Assembly (NCBI GenBank): GCA_965277115.1 | Contig: CBDIBY010000010.1 | Location: 277,136 to 341,135 of the forward strand | Direction of reading: 5' to 3' | From: Lichenihabitans sp. | GTDB taxonomy: Bacteria; Pseudomonadota; Alphaproteobacteria; Rhizobiales; Beijerinckiaceae | Length of the DNA stretch: 64,000 nt | Part shown: in pieces, positions 35,779 through 45,246 of the stretch | How positions within the stretch are numbered: the stretch's first letter is position 1 | Layout: each line of letters starts with the position of its first letter | Notes under the pieces: generated by a model | What the model saw: the letters and a program-made list of their open reading frames with translations, nothing else | Databases searched by the model: none | Told to the model about the DNA's origin: nothing | Position numbers and translations under genes: made by a program

Positions 35779-36948
35779 ATGATCGAAGCCAATACGCATC
35801 CCGACCATGGCAAACCGCTCGACGACGCGGACCGCGAGGTCTTCGACGCGCGCCAGTGCGAGCAGGTGCTCAGGTTTCTTGCGGCCTGCCCGAAATACGA
35901 AGCGACACCGCTTCATTGCCTGCCGGGGCTTGCCGGCGCGGCCGGTGTAGCGGCGGTGCACGTGAAGGATGAGAGCGGCCGGCTGGGGCTCGGCAGCTTC
36001 AAGGCGCTGGGGGGCACCTATGCGGTGATCCGTCTCGTCATCGAGGAAGCGGAACGGCAACTCGGCCGCGGCATCGCGCCGGAGGAGTTGCAGGATCCCG
36101 AGGTCCGGTCCATCGCCAAGACCATCACGGTGGCTTGCGCCACCGACGGCAACCACGGCAGGTCCGTGGCCGCAGGCGCACGCCTCGTCGGCTGTCGGGC
36201 CGTCATCTTCGTGCACGAGGGCGTCGACGAGGAGCGGGTCGATGCGATCGCGCGATTCGGCGCCGCGATGGTCCGCGTGCCGGGCACCTACGACGATGCC
36301 GTGGCCGAAGCCGAGCGCGTCAGCCTCGCCGAGAAATGGACCGTCGTTTCCGACACGTCCTGGCCCGGCTACGAGCGGGTGGCGGGCCTCGTCATGCAGG
36401 GCTACACCGCAATGGTGGCCGAAGTGCTGGACGCCATTCCGGCTCTGCCGACGCATGTGTTCCTCCAGGCCGGCGTCGGTGGATTCGCGGCGGCCGTGGG
36501 GGCTTGTCTTTCGGTCCGTCTCGGCGATCGCTGTCCCAAGATCGTCATCGTCGAGCCGGATCGGGCCTCCTGTCTCCTGGAAAGCCATCGAGCTGGCGCG
36601 CTGACCAAGATCCAGCATGGCGAGCCGACCGTCATGGCGATGCTGGAGTGCTACGAGCCGTCGCTCGTGGCGTGGCGAATCCTGTCGCGGCTCGCCGACG
36701 GCTTCATGACGGTCACCGATGAGCAGGGGATCGACGCCATGCGGGCCTTCGCCTATCCGCGCGCCGGAGACCCGGCCGTCGTCGCGGGCGAAAGCGGGGC
36801 GGCGGGTCTCGCCGGGCTGATGGCGGCTGCGCAAGACCAGCGCTCGCGCCGGACGATCGGGCTCGAGTCTTCCTCCCAGGTCCTGCTGTTCAACACGGAA
36901 GGCGCCACGGCTCCGGCGGTGTACCGGAAGCTGATCGGCTCCGCCTGA
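35779..36948 (+). CDS. Diaminopropionate ammonia-lyase (PLP-dependent, YgeX/DpaL type)
   Basis: VKDESGRLGLGSFKALGGTYAV with the PLP lysine, and ATDGNHGRSVA. Divergent from the Lrp regulator. Confidence 0.75.
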   Translation: MIEANTHPDHGKPLDDADREVFDARQCEQVLRFLAACPKYEATPLHCLPGLAGAAGVAAVHVKDESGRLGLGSFKALGGTYAVIRLVIEEAERQLGRGIAPEELQDPEVRSIAKTITVACATDGNHGRSVAAGARLVGCRAVIFVHEGVDEERVDAIARFGAAMVRVPGTYDDAVAEAERVSLAEKWTVVSDTSWPGYERVAGLVMQGYTAMVAEVLDAIPALPTHVFLQAGVGGFAAAVGACLSVRLGDRCPKIVIVEPDRASCLLESHRAGALTKIQHGEPTVMAMLECYEPSLVAWRILSRLADGFMTVTDEQGIDAMRAFAYPRAGDPAVVAGESGAAGLAGLMAAAQDQRSRRTIGLESSSQVLLFNTEGATAPAVYRKLIGSA

Positions 36949-37083
36949 TTCAGCCGCGTCACAAGGTCAAAAGGCCCCATCCCTAGCGAAGCCGGCTTGA
37001 GAGCTATGCAGCTATCAAGTTGGTTGTTCTCTGATGGTGGAGCAATTTTTGCGGGCTCTGTCCGCGCAGAATAGTCCTCGACC

Positions 37084-37839
37084 TCAAGCCGAAAGAGTGT
37101 CGAGGTCGACGCGTCCGCGTTCCGAGATGATGGCGGCGAATTCCGAGCATCGGGCGAAATAGGCGGGCTTGACCTTGTTGATCTTGCTGCCGTCGATCAC
37201 CAGATAGCTCTCGGCGGCATTGTCAATCGCCGCCCGCTTCATGCCGACCTCGGAAAAGTTGGTGCAACTCACGCCGAGTTTCGAATGCACGCCGCCGGCC
37301 GACACGAAAGCCTTGTTGAGGCGGATGTCCTTCAGCATCGCCGGACCATGCGGTCCGGCAAACGACGTCGTGGCGTTCTGGTAGAGCCCCCCGGTCAGGA
37401 TCCAGCGAACGGTCGGCATCCGGGCCAGAATGGCAGCGACATTCATGGCGAAGCAGACGACCGTGAGATTGAGTTCAACCGGCAGGCGGTTGGCGAGATG
37501 GCAGGTCGTCGTGCCGCTGTCGATGAAGATCGTGTCGTCCGGCGCGATGAGCTCGAGCGCATGGTCGCAGGCCGCAACCTTGTCGGCCAGATGGCTGTCC
37601 TGTTCCTGGTCGAGCGCATAGGGCGGTTCGGGGTCCGTCACCGCAATGACATGGCCTCCGAGCACGGTCAGGCGGCCGCGGCTGCTCGCGATGTCGCGCC
37701 GGACCGTCATTTCGGAAACATCGAACATGCCAGCGGCCTCGCTGAGCGCCAGCAGCCCGCGGCCCTGAACCCGCGTCAGCAATCGCGCAACACGTTGATC
37801 TGCCTTCGAGCCCACTCCGATCTCCCGCCGCGAAAACAC
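37084..37839 (-). CDS. DeoR/GlpR-family transcriptional regulator
   Basis: HTH LSEAAGMFDVSEMTVRRDI plus a DeoR C-terminal sensor domain (IFIDSGTT, FVSAGGV). GTG start. Confidence 0.85.
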   Translation of the reverse strand: MFSRREIGVGSKADQRVARLLTRVQGRGLLALSEAAGMFDVSEMTVRRDIASSRGRLTVLGGHVIAVTDPEPPYALDQEQDSHLADKVAACDHALELIAPDDTIFIDSGTTTCHLANRLPVELNLTVVCFAMNVAAILARMPTVRWILTGGLYQNATTSFAGPHGPAMLKDIRLNKAFVSAGGVHSKLGVSCTNFSEVGMKRAAIDNAAESYLVIDGSKINKVKPAYFARCSEFAAIISERGRVDLDTLSA

Positions 37840-38025
37840 TGCTCAAGGTCTTGAGGCCCCGTATGAACCGTGGCGGCCGCTGCCCAAACCTCAAGCGGAG
37901 CCCTGCTGCTGCCATGCCTACAGGCGATCTCCGTTTCCGCAAAGAAGGACGCTTGACAGGTCTCAGAATGTGAATAGCGTTACATAAATATGAAATTTTT
38001 GGAACGTCATAAGGAAGGGTCGGCC

Positions 38026-39132
38026 ATGTTGAAGCGTTTTGGTCTCGCTATAGCCGTCGCGGCGCTCGCCGCATCGGCGCCCGCCTGGGCCGAGGATAAG
38101 CAGCCCGTGACGCAGAAGACCTGTACGGAACTCCTGTCCTTCTACAAGTCGCTGCCGTTCACCGATGTCCTGCCGCTTCCCGAGGGGCCGGTCGCCATTC
38201 CGGGAAAATCGGGAGACATCACGGTCGGTTTCTCGCAGACGGCCTTCAACCATCCCTGGCGGGTCGCCATGTTGGCGGCGCTTCAGGCCGAGGCCTGCCG
38301 CCATCCCAACATCAAGCTGATCGTCCTCGACGGAAACGTCGATGTGGCCAAGCAGAGCAACGATGTGCGCGACCTGCTGGCGCGCGGGGTCGATGCGGTT
38401 CTGCTGAGCCCGGTCGAATCGGCCGCCCTCGTGCCGGCAGCGCGCGCCGTCATGGCCGCCAAACTGCCGCTCGTCGTCATGGACCGGGACGTGCCGACCG
38501 ACAAAACGCTGTTCATCGGCCAGAGCAACGTCACCATGGGCGAGGGCGTCGCCGAGAAGATGGCCAAGGATCTCGGTGGCAAAGGCAACATCGTAGTCAT
38601 CACCGGCCTCAAGGGATCGTCGCCGGCCGTCGATCGCGACCAGGGCATGAAGAATGTCCTCGCCAAATATCCCGACATCAAGGTTCTGGCGACCGGCGAC
38701 GGCCAGTGGATCCGCGATCCGGCCGTGCCGATCATGGAAGACTTCCTGACGGCCTATCCCAAGATCGACGCCGTCTTCTCTCATGCGGAGGAATCCTCCT
38801 GGGGCGCCCAGCTCGCCATCGCCCGGGCCAACCGGTGCAAGGACGGCATCAAACAATATACGTTCGACGGATCGAACGCGGGGTTCAAGGCCGTCAAGGC
38901 CGGCACGTTCCGGGCGGACGGGAACTACACGCCCTATATCGCCGACATCGGCCTACGGGCGGCGCTCTACACGCTGATGAAGAAGCCGATTCCGGGCGAG
39001 GTGACCTACAAGTTCCCCGGACATGAGCTGGTGCTGCCCGACAGCCCGACCGTGGTCGCCGAGAATGCCGACCAATGGATCGGCCGCGGCTGGGGCGATT
39101 TCGAGCCGACGCCGGACCCCTGCAAGAAGTAG
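38026..39132 (+). CDS. Sugar ABC transporter periplasmic binding protein (RbsB-like, type I PBP)
   Basis: ATG 38026 is preceded by AAGGAAGG. Signal peptide MLKRFGLAIAVAALAASAPAWA, then VGFSQTAFNHPWR, typical of the family. Confidence 0.85.
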   Translation: MLKRFGLAIAVAALAASAPAWAEDKQPVTQKTCTELLSFYKSLPFTDVLPLPEGPVAIPGKSGDITVGFSQTAFNHPWRVAMLAALQAEACRHPNIKLIVLDGNVDVAKQSNDVRDLLARGVDAVLLSPVESAALVPAARAVMAAKLPLVVMDRDVPTDKTLFIGQSNVTMGEGVAEKMAKDLGGKGNIVVITGLKGSSPAVDRDQGMKNVLAKYPDIKVLATGDGQWIRDPAVPIMEDFLTAYPKIDAVFSHAEESSWGAQLAIARANRCKDGIKQYTFDGSNAGFKAVKAGTFRADGNYTPYIADIGLRAALYTLMKKPIPGEVTYKFPGHELVLPDSPTVVAENADQWIGRGWGDFEPTPDPCKK

Positions 39133-39140
39133 GCGCGCGT

Positions 39141-40631
39141 TTGACGGCCGTGCCGCCGCTTCTCCACGCCAGGGGTGTGGGGAAATCCTTCGTGGGCAAC
39201 CAGGTCCTCGCCGGGATCGACCTCGAGGTCCGGGCCGGCGAAGTCCATGCGATCGTCGGCGAGAACGGGGCCGGCAAGTCCACCTTGATCAAGATCCTCG
39301 GCGGCGTGCATCAGCCCGACGCCGGCGAGGTGATCGTGGACGGTGCTCCGCGCCGCCTGCGCTCGCCCCGCGATGCCCTTGCGGCCGGCATCGTCGTCAT
39401 CCACCAGGAACTCTCGCTCGCGCCGCACCTGTCGGCGGAGGAGAATATCTTTCTCGGCCGCTTTCCTCGCACGGCCTTCGGCACCGTGGACCGAGGCGTC
39501 ATCCGCAAACGGGCCAAGGCACTGTTCGATCTGCTCGCGATCACGGTCGACCCGGAGCGGCCGACCGGAACGCTTAGCATCGCCCAGCAGCAGATGGTCG
39601 AGATCGCCAAGGCGATCTCGGTCGAGGCGCGGGTGCTGGTGCTGGACGAGCCGACCGCGGTCCTGGACGAACAGCGGGTCGCCACGCTCTTCGCCACGCT
39701 CGACAGGCTCCGCGCCCAGGGGCTCGGCATCGTCTTCATCTCGCATCACCTCGAAGAGATTTTCCGCATCGCGGACCGGGTCACCGTGCTCCGCGACGGC
39801 CGCATCACCGGCACCGCCAAGGTCGCCGACGTCGATCAGGACTGGCTGGTGAGCCGGATGATCGGGCGCGACTTTCCCGCCCATTCGCCCCAGGTCCGCA
39901 AGGCCGGCCGGCCGGCGCTCGCGATCGAGGGCCTGTCCGTGGCGGGCCAGTTCGCGGATGTGAGCCTGACCGTCGGCGAAGGCGAGATCGTCGGACTTGC
40001 GGGCCTCGTCGGCGCGGGGCGATCCGAAGTCGCCCGGGCGATCGTCGGCCTGAGTTCCCCCAGCGGCACCATCAAGCTTTTCGGCAAGGCGGCGACCATC
40101 CGCAACCCGAACGCCGCGGCGCGCCTCGGCATCGTCTATGTGACGGAAGACCGCAAATCGCAGGGCCTTCTCCCGAACCGCCCCGTTCGCGAAAACCTCA
40201 CGATCGCGAACCTGCGCCGCTTTTCAACCGCGGGCTTTCTCCGGCTCGCCAGGGAGGCCCGCTATGTCCGCCAGATGATCAAGGGCCTCGATGTGCGCCT
40301 CGCCGGCTTCGGCGTCGAGATCCGCACCCTGAGCGGGGGCAACCAGCAGAAGGTGCTGATCGGCCGCGCGCTCGCGGTCGGCCCTCGCATCCTGATCCTG
40401 GACGAGCCGACGCGTGGCGTGGACATCGGCGCCAAGCAGGAGATCTACGCGCTTATCGAGCGGCTCGTCGCCGATGGCATGGCGGTTCTGCTGATCTCAT
40501 CCGAGATGGAGGAGGTGCTCCGACTGGCCGACCGTGTCGTCGTCCTGCGACGCGGCCGGGTCGCCACGACGCTGTCGCGTGCGGAAGCTACCGAAAGTAC
40601 CATCATGAAAGCCGCCGCCCTTGCCGCCTGA
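39141..40631 (+). CDS. Sugar ABC transporter ATP-binding protein with two ATPase domains (RbsA-like)
   Basis: Motifs GENGAGKST, SIAQQQMVEIAK and LVLDEPTA, with a second-half LSGGNQQKVL. Start set at TTG 39141 (or GTG 39150), just after the SBP stop. The listed ORF start 39075 lies inside the SBP gene. Confidence 0.85.
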   Translation: MTAVPPLLHARGVGKSFVGNQVLAGIDLEVRAGEVHAIVGENGAGKSTLIKILGGVHQPDAGEVIVDGAPRRLRSPRDALAAGIVVIHQELSLAPHLSAEENIFLGRFPRTAFGTVDRGVIRKRAKALFDLLAITVDPERPTGTLSIAQQQMVEIAKAISVEARVLVLDEPTAVLDEQRVATLFATLDRLRAQGLGIVFISHHLEEIFRIADRVTVLRDGRITGTAKVADVDQDWLVSRMIGRDFPAHSPQVRKAGRPALAIEGLSVAGQFADVSLTVGEGEIVGLAGLVGAGRSEVARAIVGLSSPSGTIKLFGKAATIRNPNAAARLGIVYVTEDRKSQGLLPNRPVRENLTIANLRRFSTAGFLRLAREARYVRQMIKGLDVRLAGFGVEIRTLSGGNQQKVLIGRALAVGPRILILDEPTRGVDIGAKQEIYALIERLVADGMAVLLISSEMEEVLRLADRVVVLRRGRVATTLSRAEATESTIMKAAALAA

Positions 40632-41592
40632 CGCCTCACCGGCGCTGCACCCGCGCCGTCATCTCGCGACGCTCACCCGCGGCTGGCAGCGGGTCGGCGT
40701 GCTGGCCGCGCTGGTGTTGCTCGTCGTCGCGGCGACGCTTCTCTCGCCGCGCTTCCTCACCGTGCCGAACCTGCTCAACGTCCTGCGGCAGGTTTCGATC
40801 GTGGGAATCCTCGCCATCGGCATGACCTTCGTGATCCTGACGCGCGGCATCGACCTGTCGGTCGGGTCGATCCTCGGCATCGCGGTGGTGCTCTTCGCGG
40901 GGTCGATGGACAGTCGCGGAATGGCGGTGGCGATCCCGCTCGGCCTGGCGGCTTCGGCCCTCGCCGGGCTCGTGAACGGCATCGGCATCGCCTATGCGGG
41001 CCTGCCGGCCTTCATCATGACGCTCGGCATGCTGTCATTCGTGCGGGGGCTCGCCTTCATCTATACGGGCGGAACGCCGGTCCCGATCATCAGCGACGAG
41101 TTCTACACGCTCGGCAACGGCTATCTCGGCGGTATTCCGATTCCGGCTCTGATCCTGCTGGCGGCGCTCGTCGTGAGCGGCTTTGTCCTGGGGCTGACGC
41201 CGTTCGGGCGATCGGTCTATGCGATCGGCTCGAACGAGGAAGCCGCGCGCCTGTCCGGTGTGCCGGTCCGGCTCTATACGACGGCCGTCTACGTGATCTC
41301 GGGCCTGATGTCGGGGCTGGCGGGCCTCGTCTACGCGTCCCAGCTCAGCATCGGCACGCCCATCGCCGGACAGGGCTACGAACTCGACGCGATCGCGGCC
41401 GTGGTGGTCGGCGGAACCTCGCTGTTCGGCGGCAGGGGATCGGTCGCCGGGACGTTCCTCGGCACGCTGATCATCGGCGTCTTGGCGAACATCCTGAACC
41501 TGACCGGCGTCGATCCCTTTGTGCAGCAATTGTTCAAGGGTGCGCTCATCATCGTCGCCGTGTTCATCATGAGCCGATCGGGCCGGCCGTGA
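40621..41592 (+). CDS. Sugar ABC transporter permease (RbsC-like)
   Basis: 323-aa polytopic protein with GIDLSVGS and GGTSLFGGRGS motifs. The TTG start overlaps the ATPase gene end by 11 nt. Confidence 0.85.
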   Translation: MPPDASPALHPRRHLATLTRGWQRVGVLAALVLLVVAATLLSPRFLTVPNLLNVLRQVSIVGILAIGMTFVILTRGIDLSVGSILGIAVVLFAGSMDSRGMAVAIPLGLAASALAGLVNGIGIAYAGLPAFIMTLGMLSFVRGLAFIYTGGTPVPIISDEFYTLGNGYLGGIPIPALILLAALVVSGFVLGLTPFGRSVYAIGSNEEAARLSGVPVRLYTTAVYVISGLMSGLAGLVYASQLSIGTPIAGQGYELDAIAAVVVGGTSLFGGRGSVAGTFLGTLIIGVLANILNLTGVDPFVQQLFKGALIIVAVFIMSRSGRP

Positions 41593-42773
41593 CGGACCTC
41601 GACGGCCTCGACCGGGCGCTGCGTGCCCTTCAACCGGATGTCGAGCGGCACATCACGCGCGAACGGGTGCGCCGCTACCTCTCGGCCTTGGTCGATACGC
41701 CGGCGCCCTCGACCTTGGCCGGTGCCATGCGGGTGCCGGTGCTCCGGCGCCTGCTCGACAACGATGGCGCGCTCGGCGGCGAACGCCTTCACCTGCACGG
41801 GAATTTCGGCCGGACCGGCAGTCCGGTCATTCTCACCGGCTCGCCCGAGCCCGCGAAGCCGCTGTGGTACTTCGCTCACCTCGATACGATCAGCTACCTC
41901 GTCCTGCCCCTGACGGACGGGCACTATCCGCTGGTGCCCTTCTGCTCGCATATGATCAAGGACGGCAAGCGCGCCGCGCGGGCCTACCGCTACGATCTCG
42001 CTCGCAACACTTTCGTCGTCGTGGCCGAGGGACAACTCGAGTCTCGCGCAGGCACGCCTTGCTTCCATCCCGATCCCTCCACGCCGCTGCTGCGGCCCGG
42101 TGACCGCGTCGTGCCGGTCTCGTCCTATCGCGAAGACCTCACATCCGGTCTGTTCACGGGCCCGATGGACAATGCCGGCGGGGTCGCGGCCCTCGCGGTC
42201 GCGGCACCCGTGCTCGCCCGCGCCGGGATCGAGGCCGTGCTGGCCTTTCCGGACGAAGAGGAAGGCCCGGTTGCCCCCGGCAATCAGATGATCGGGCGGG
42301 GCGGCAGCCGCCTGGTCGGCCTCTTGCCGGCCCCCGAACTGGCGATCGTGGCGGATGTCCAGCAAGGCGGCGGCGACCCGGATGCCGACGCTCGCGGCGG
42401 TGTCGTCAATTCCACGAGGCTCGGGGCCGGTGCCGTGCTGGCCGAATTCTCGAGTTTCGCTCGCGGAGCCGTGACACCGCCCGATCTCTACGCCCTGGCC
42501 CGCCATGTAGCCGACCTGATCGGCGGTTTTGGCGTTCGCGTTCAGCACTCCAACAACGCCTATTCCTCCCGCAGCGACGACGTGAGCGTCATGCTCAAGA
42601 CGCCGAACATCCTCCTGCTCGGCTTTCCGGGCTTCAACCGCCATTTCGACCGCGGCGAGCCGCGCGCCCATCTCGACGATGTGCTCCATCTCGCCAAGTC
42701 TCTCGTCTATATGTCGGCGCTGCGGCCCTGGTTGACGGCGCGTCGACGGGACCTTCTCGGCGAGGATTCGTGA
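41589..42773 (+). CDS. M42/M28-like co-catalytic metallohydrolase-fold protein, function unknown
   Basis: 394 aa with a metal-ligand-like series: FAHLDTISY (HxD), GPMDNAGGVAAL (D) and AFPDEEEGP (EE). GTGA overlap with the permease stop. The call rests on motifs by eye only. Confidence 0.5.
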   Translation: MTDLDGLDRALRALQPDVERHITRERVRRYLSALVDTPAPSTLAGAMRVPVLRRLLDNDGALGGERLHLHGNFGRTGSPVILTGSPEPAKPLWYFAHLDTISYLVLPLTDGHYPLVPFCSHMIKDGKRAARAYRYDLARNTFVVVAEGQLESRAGTPCFHPDPSTPLLRPGDRVVPVSSYREDLTSGLFTGPMDNAGGVAALAVAAPVLARAGIEAVLAFPDEEEGPVAPGNQMIGRGGSRLVGLLPAPELAIVADVQQGGGDPDADARGGVVNSTRLGAGAVLAEFSSFARGAVTPPDLYALARHVADLIGGFGVRVQHSNNAYSSRSDDVSVMLKTPNILLLGFPGFNRHFDRGEPRAHLDDVLHLAKSLVYMSALRPWLTARRRDLLGEDS

Positions 42774-43756
42774 TGGACGTCGTCACAATCGGCTGGCTCA
42801 CGATGGACGACATCGTGCTGGCCGACCATAGCTGCCGCCCCGACGTGTTGGGCGGTGGTGCACTCTATTCCGCGGTCGGCGCGCGCATCTGGGCGTCGGA
42901 CGTCGGCATCCATTCGGCCACGGGCCGGCCGTTTCTCGACACCGTTCGGGCCGCGATCGAACGACGAGGCCTCGATACCGCGGGGATCGGCGCCGTCGAC
43001 GGGAACGGCCTGCAGCTCTGGCTGCTGCATGAAAGCGCGACCGCCAAGCAGCAGGTTCCCAAGCTGACCTCCTCCACGGCCGAGGAGATGGACCGGGGAC
43101 GCGGTCCGTTGCCGGCCGCCTATGCCCTGGCCCGTGGTTTCCATGTCGCCCCGCAAACCCCGGCCGGCTCGATCGACAATGCCAAGCGCCTCCACGCGCT
43201 GCCCGGCAGGCCGATCGTGACGCTCGATCTCCTGTCGGACGAATTCATCGATCGTCGGCTCTATGCCGATCTCGGCTTTCTCGACGCGGTCACGGCCTTC
43301 CTGCCGAGCGAGGCCGAGATCGAGCGCATCTGGAACCCGCCGGACCTACAGGCCTGGCTGCGCGAACAGGCATCGACCCATGCCTGTCACATGGGTGCGA
43401 AGCTCGGCGAGCAAGGCTCGCTCGTGTGCGACTGCCGGACCGGCGCGCTGACCCACATTCCCGCCTACCCGGCGCGGGTCGTCGACACCACGGGCGCCGG
43501 CGATGCCTATTGCGGCGGTTTCCTGGCGGGGCTCGTGGCCGGGCGCCCCCTCGCGGAATGCGCCGCCATGGGCACGGTGTCGGCCTCCTACGTGGTGGAA
43601 GCCTGCGGGGCACTGACGACGGAGCGCCCCGATCTGGCCGAGCGCGACGCAAGGCTCCGGACCGTGATCGAGGGCGTGTCCGCCCCGCCCAATTCGAAAC
43701 GCTGCCCGATCACTGAGACAATGCCTCTCCACGAGAGTGGAGCACGTCCACTTTGA
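42773..43756 (+). CDS. PfkB-family carbohydrate kinase
   Basis: GG motif VLGGGALYSA and C-terminal DTTGAGDAYCGGFLAG. The ATG shares 1 nt with the upstream stop, and GAGGA lies 6 nt upstream. Confidence 0.85.
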   Translation: MDVVTIGWLTMDDIVLADHSCRPDVLGGGALYSAVGARIWASDVGIHSATGRPFLDTVRAAIERRGLDTAGIGAVDGNGLQLWLLHESATAKQQVPKLTSSTAEEMDRGRGPLPAAYALARGFHVAPQTPAGSIDNAKRLHALPGRPIVTLDLLSDEFIDRRLYADLGFLDAVTAFLPSEAEIERIWNPPDLQAWLREQASTHACHMGAKLGEQGSLVCDCRTGALTHIPAYPARVVDTTGAGDAYCGGFLAGLVAGRPLAECAAMGTVSASYVVEACGALTTERPDLAERDARLRTVIEGVSAPPNSKRCPITETMPLHESGARPL

Positions 43757-43971
43757 GGCAGTTCGCGCCGGATCCGCCGATTCCTCCGTCGTGGCCGAGG
43801 TTCGCGTAACCACCCCGCACTTTCTGCGATCCTGATCCCATGCTGCGGCACTCCGGTTCCAGGCCTCCTTCAATCGGCGCAACTTGCGCCGAAACCAGGC
43901 ATGGGTCAGGGAGACAATTATTCAATTTATAGGAAACCGTAATGACTTCAGCTATTTGTAATGGAAGTCCG

Positions 43972-44045
43972 CGCGCCCCGCAGGATTCGAACCTGCGACC
44001 CTCGGGTTCGAAGCCCGATACTCTATCCAGCTGAGCTAGGGGCGC
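43972..44045 (-). tRNA. tRNA-Arg, anticodon UCG; no encoded CCA
   Basis: Hand-folded cloverleaf. Acceptor GCGCCCC/GGGGCGC. D-arm GCTC-AGCTGGATA-GAGT is identical in style to E. coli tRNA-Arg(ACG). Anticodon stem TCGGG/CCCGA with loop CT-TCG-AA. T-arm GCAGG-TTCGAAT-CCTGC. Discriminator G. Confidence 0.85.
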
Positions 44046-44054
44046 CCGCGATCC

Positions 44055-45089
44055 TTATGGCACGAACCGGGCCGTGCCGCTTGTTTTTTTCGCGACGATG
44101 CGGGCGAAAGCCGTCGCGAGACCGCCTGGCGCCAGGTGCCTCGGTCCTGTCGTCTCGAGCGTGCCGGCCCGATATGGATGGATCGCGACGTGATGCGGCA
44201 CGAACAGATAGCGCCGCGCCACCTCGGCGTAACCGGCATAGACGAGGCCGCCGTTTTCGGCGACGAGCCGCTCGCGGTTGTGCCGGTACCAGCGCGGCAG
44301 CTCGTACCACGGGATCAGCGGCCGCTCGTGATGCGCGGCATGCAGGTTGTTGTAGAGAAACAGGAAGCCGAAGATCGGCGCGTCCTCGACGATGGCCGTG
44401 CGTTCCGCCGCCGACATCTCGGCCCGGTGCTCGGCGAAGCTGCGCAGCAGCAGGATCGACACGCCGGGATAGACCATGCCGAGCACGTAGAACGCCGGAT
44501 TCATGCCGCACACGCCCCAGACCCAGGCTACCACGGCGGCGACGCCGAGCCCGTGTTTCAGCCAGATCGAGCGCGCCGCCGGCGCATTGCGCCAAACGGC
44601 TTTCGCCTCGATCTTGAGATAGCGGGCGATCGTCCAAGCCGGCCCCAGGACCAGCCGTCCGGCAAGCGTCGAGTGAACCTGGACCAATATACGCCCGAGC
44701 GGTCCCAGCGTGGCCCAGCCGTCATGGCTCCAATAAAAGCTTTCCGGATCGTCGAACGGATCGGTGAGGCTCTCGTCGCAATGATGCACGAGATGCGTCA
44801 TGCGGTAGGAGGCGAAGGGCAGCCAGAGCGACAGCGGCACGAAGCCGAGCGCATGGTTGAGGCGACGCCAACGCGTCGGATGGCCGTGGATGAACTCGTG
44901 CTGCATGGACGCATGCAGGGCCAGCAGCATCGCTCCGAGCCCTGCGACGAGCAGGCCGGGGAGCCGGGCGTGGAACCAGGTCAAGGCGAGAAAGCCGCCA
45001 TAGACCCCGCCGCAGAGCGCGATCGACGGCCATTCCACGCTACGACGACGGTTGGATCCGCCCGTCCGGGAAAGACCGCGCCTGCTCAT
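44055..45089 (-). CDS. Membrane fatty-acid desaturase family protein
   Basis: Three His boxes: HEFIHGH, HLVHH and HAAHHE. Several TM segments are present. ATG 45089 has GGAGGTG upstream. Confidence 0.85.
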   Translation of the reverse strand: MSRRGLSRTGGSNRRRSVEWPSIALCGGVYGGFLALTWFHARLPGLLVAGLGAMLLALHASMQHEFIHGHPTRWRRLNHALGFVPLSLWLPFASYRMTHLVHHCDESLTDPFDDPESFYWSHDGWATLGPLGRILVQVHSTLAGRLVLGPAWTIARYLKIEAKAVWRNAPAARSIWLKHGLGVAAVVAWVWGVCGMNPAFYVLGMVYPGVSILLLRSFAEHRAEMSAAERTAIVEDAPIFGFLFLYNNLHAAHHERPLIPWYELPRWYRHNRERLVAENGGLVYAGYAEVARRYLFVPHHVAIHPYRAGTLETTGPRHLAPGGLATAFARIVAKKTSGTARFVP

Positions 45090-45149
45090 CACCCACCTCC
45101 GTCGCTCGAATCACTAGATCAGCTTACGGCCGGCTAATATCTAGCGCAA

Positions 45150-45163
45150 TGATATACATATCA
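45150..45163. promoter_or_regulatory. Palindrome TGATAT-AC-ATATCA in the desaturase/XRE divergent intergenic region
   Basis: Read directly from the sequence. A second inverted repeat GTCAT-N9-ATGAC lies about 10 nt downstream. Confidence 0.35.
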
Positions 45164-45246
45164 CAAAACGCGTCATTTGTTTACGATGACTACTTTTTGG
45201 TGATAAACGTCACGCCTGTGGGGAATGCAAGGTTAACAGCCATTCA

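Noticed and set aside
35656-36834. 392-aa - strand ORF
   Set aside because: It is antisense to the diaminopropionate ammonia-lyase gene, which has the PLP-lysine motif.
41376-42689. 437-aa - strand ORF
   Set aside because: It is antisense to the M42-like gene and the end of the permease gene, with Arg/Gly/Ala/Glu-rich sequence. The + frame is operon-coupled (GTGA, TGATG) and has metal-ligand motifs.
43961-44617. 218-aa + ORF (also 44023..44637 - and 44136..45137 +)
   Set aside because: It overlaps the tRNA-Arg gene and is antisense or out of frame to the His-box desaturase. The sequence is Arg/Pro/Ala-rich.
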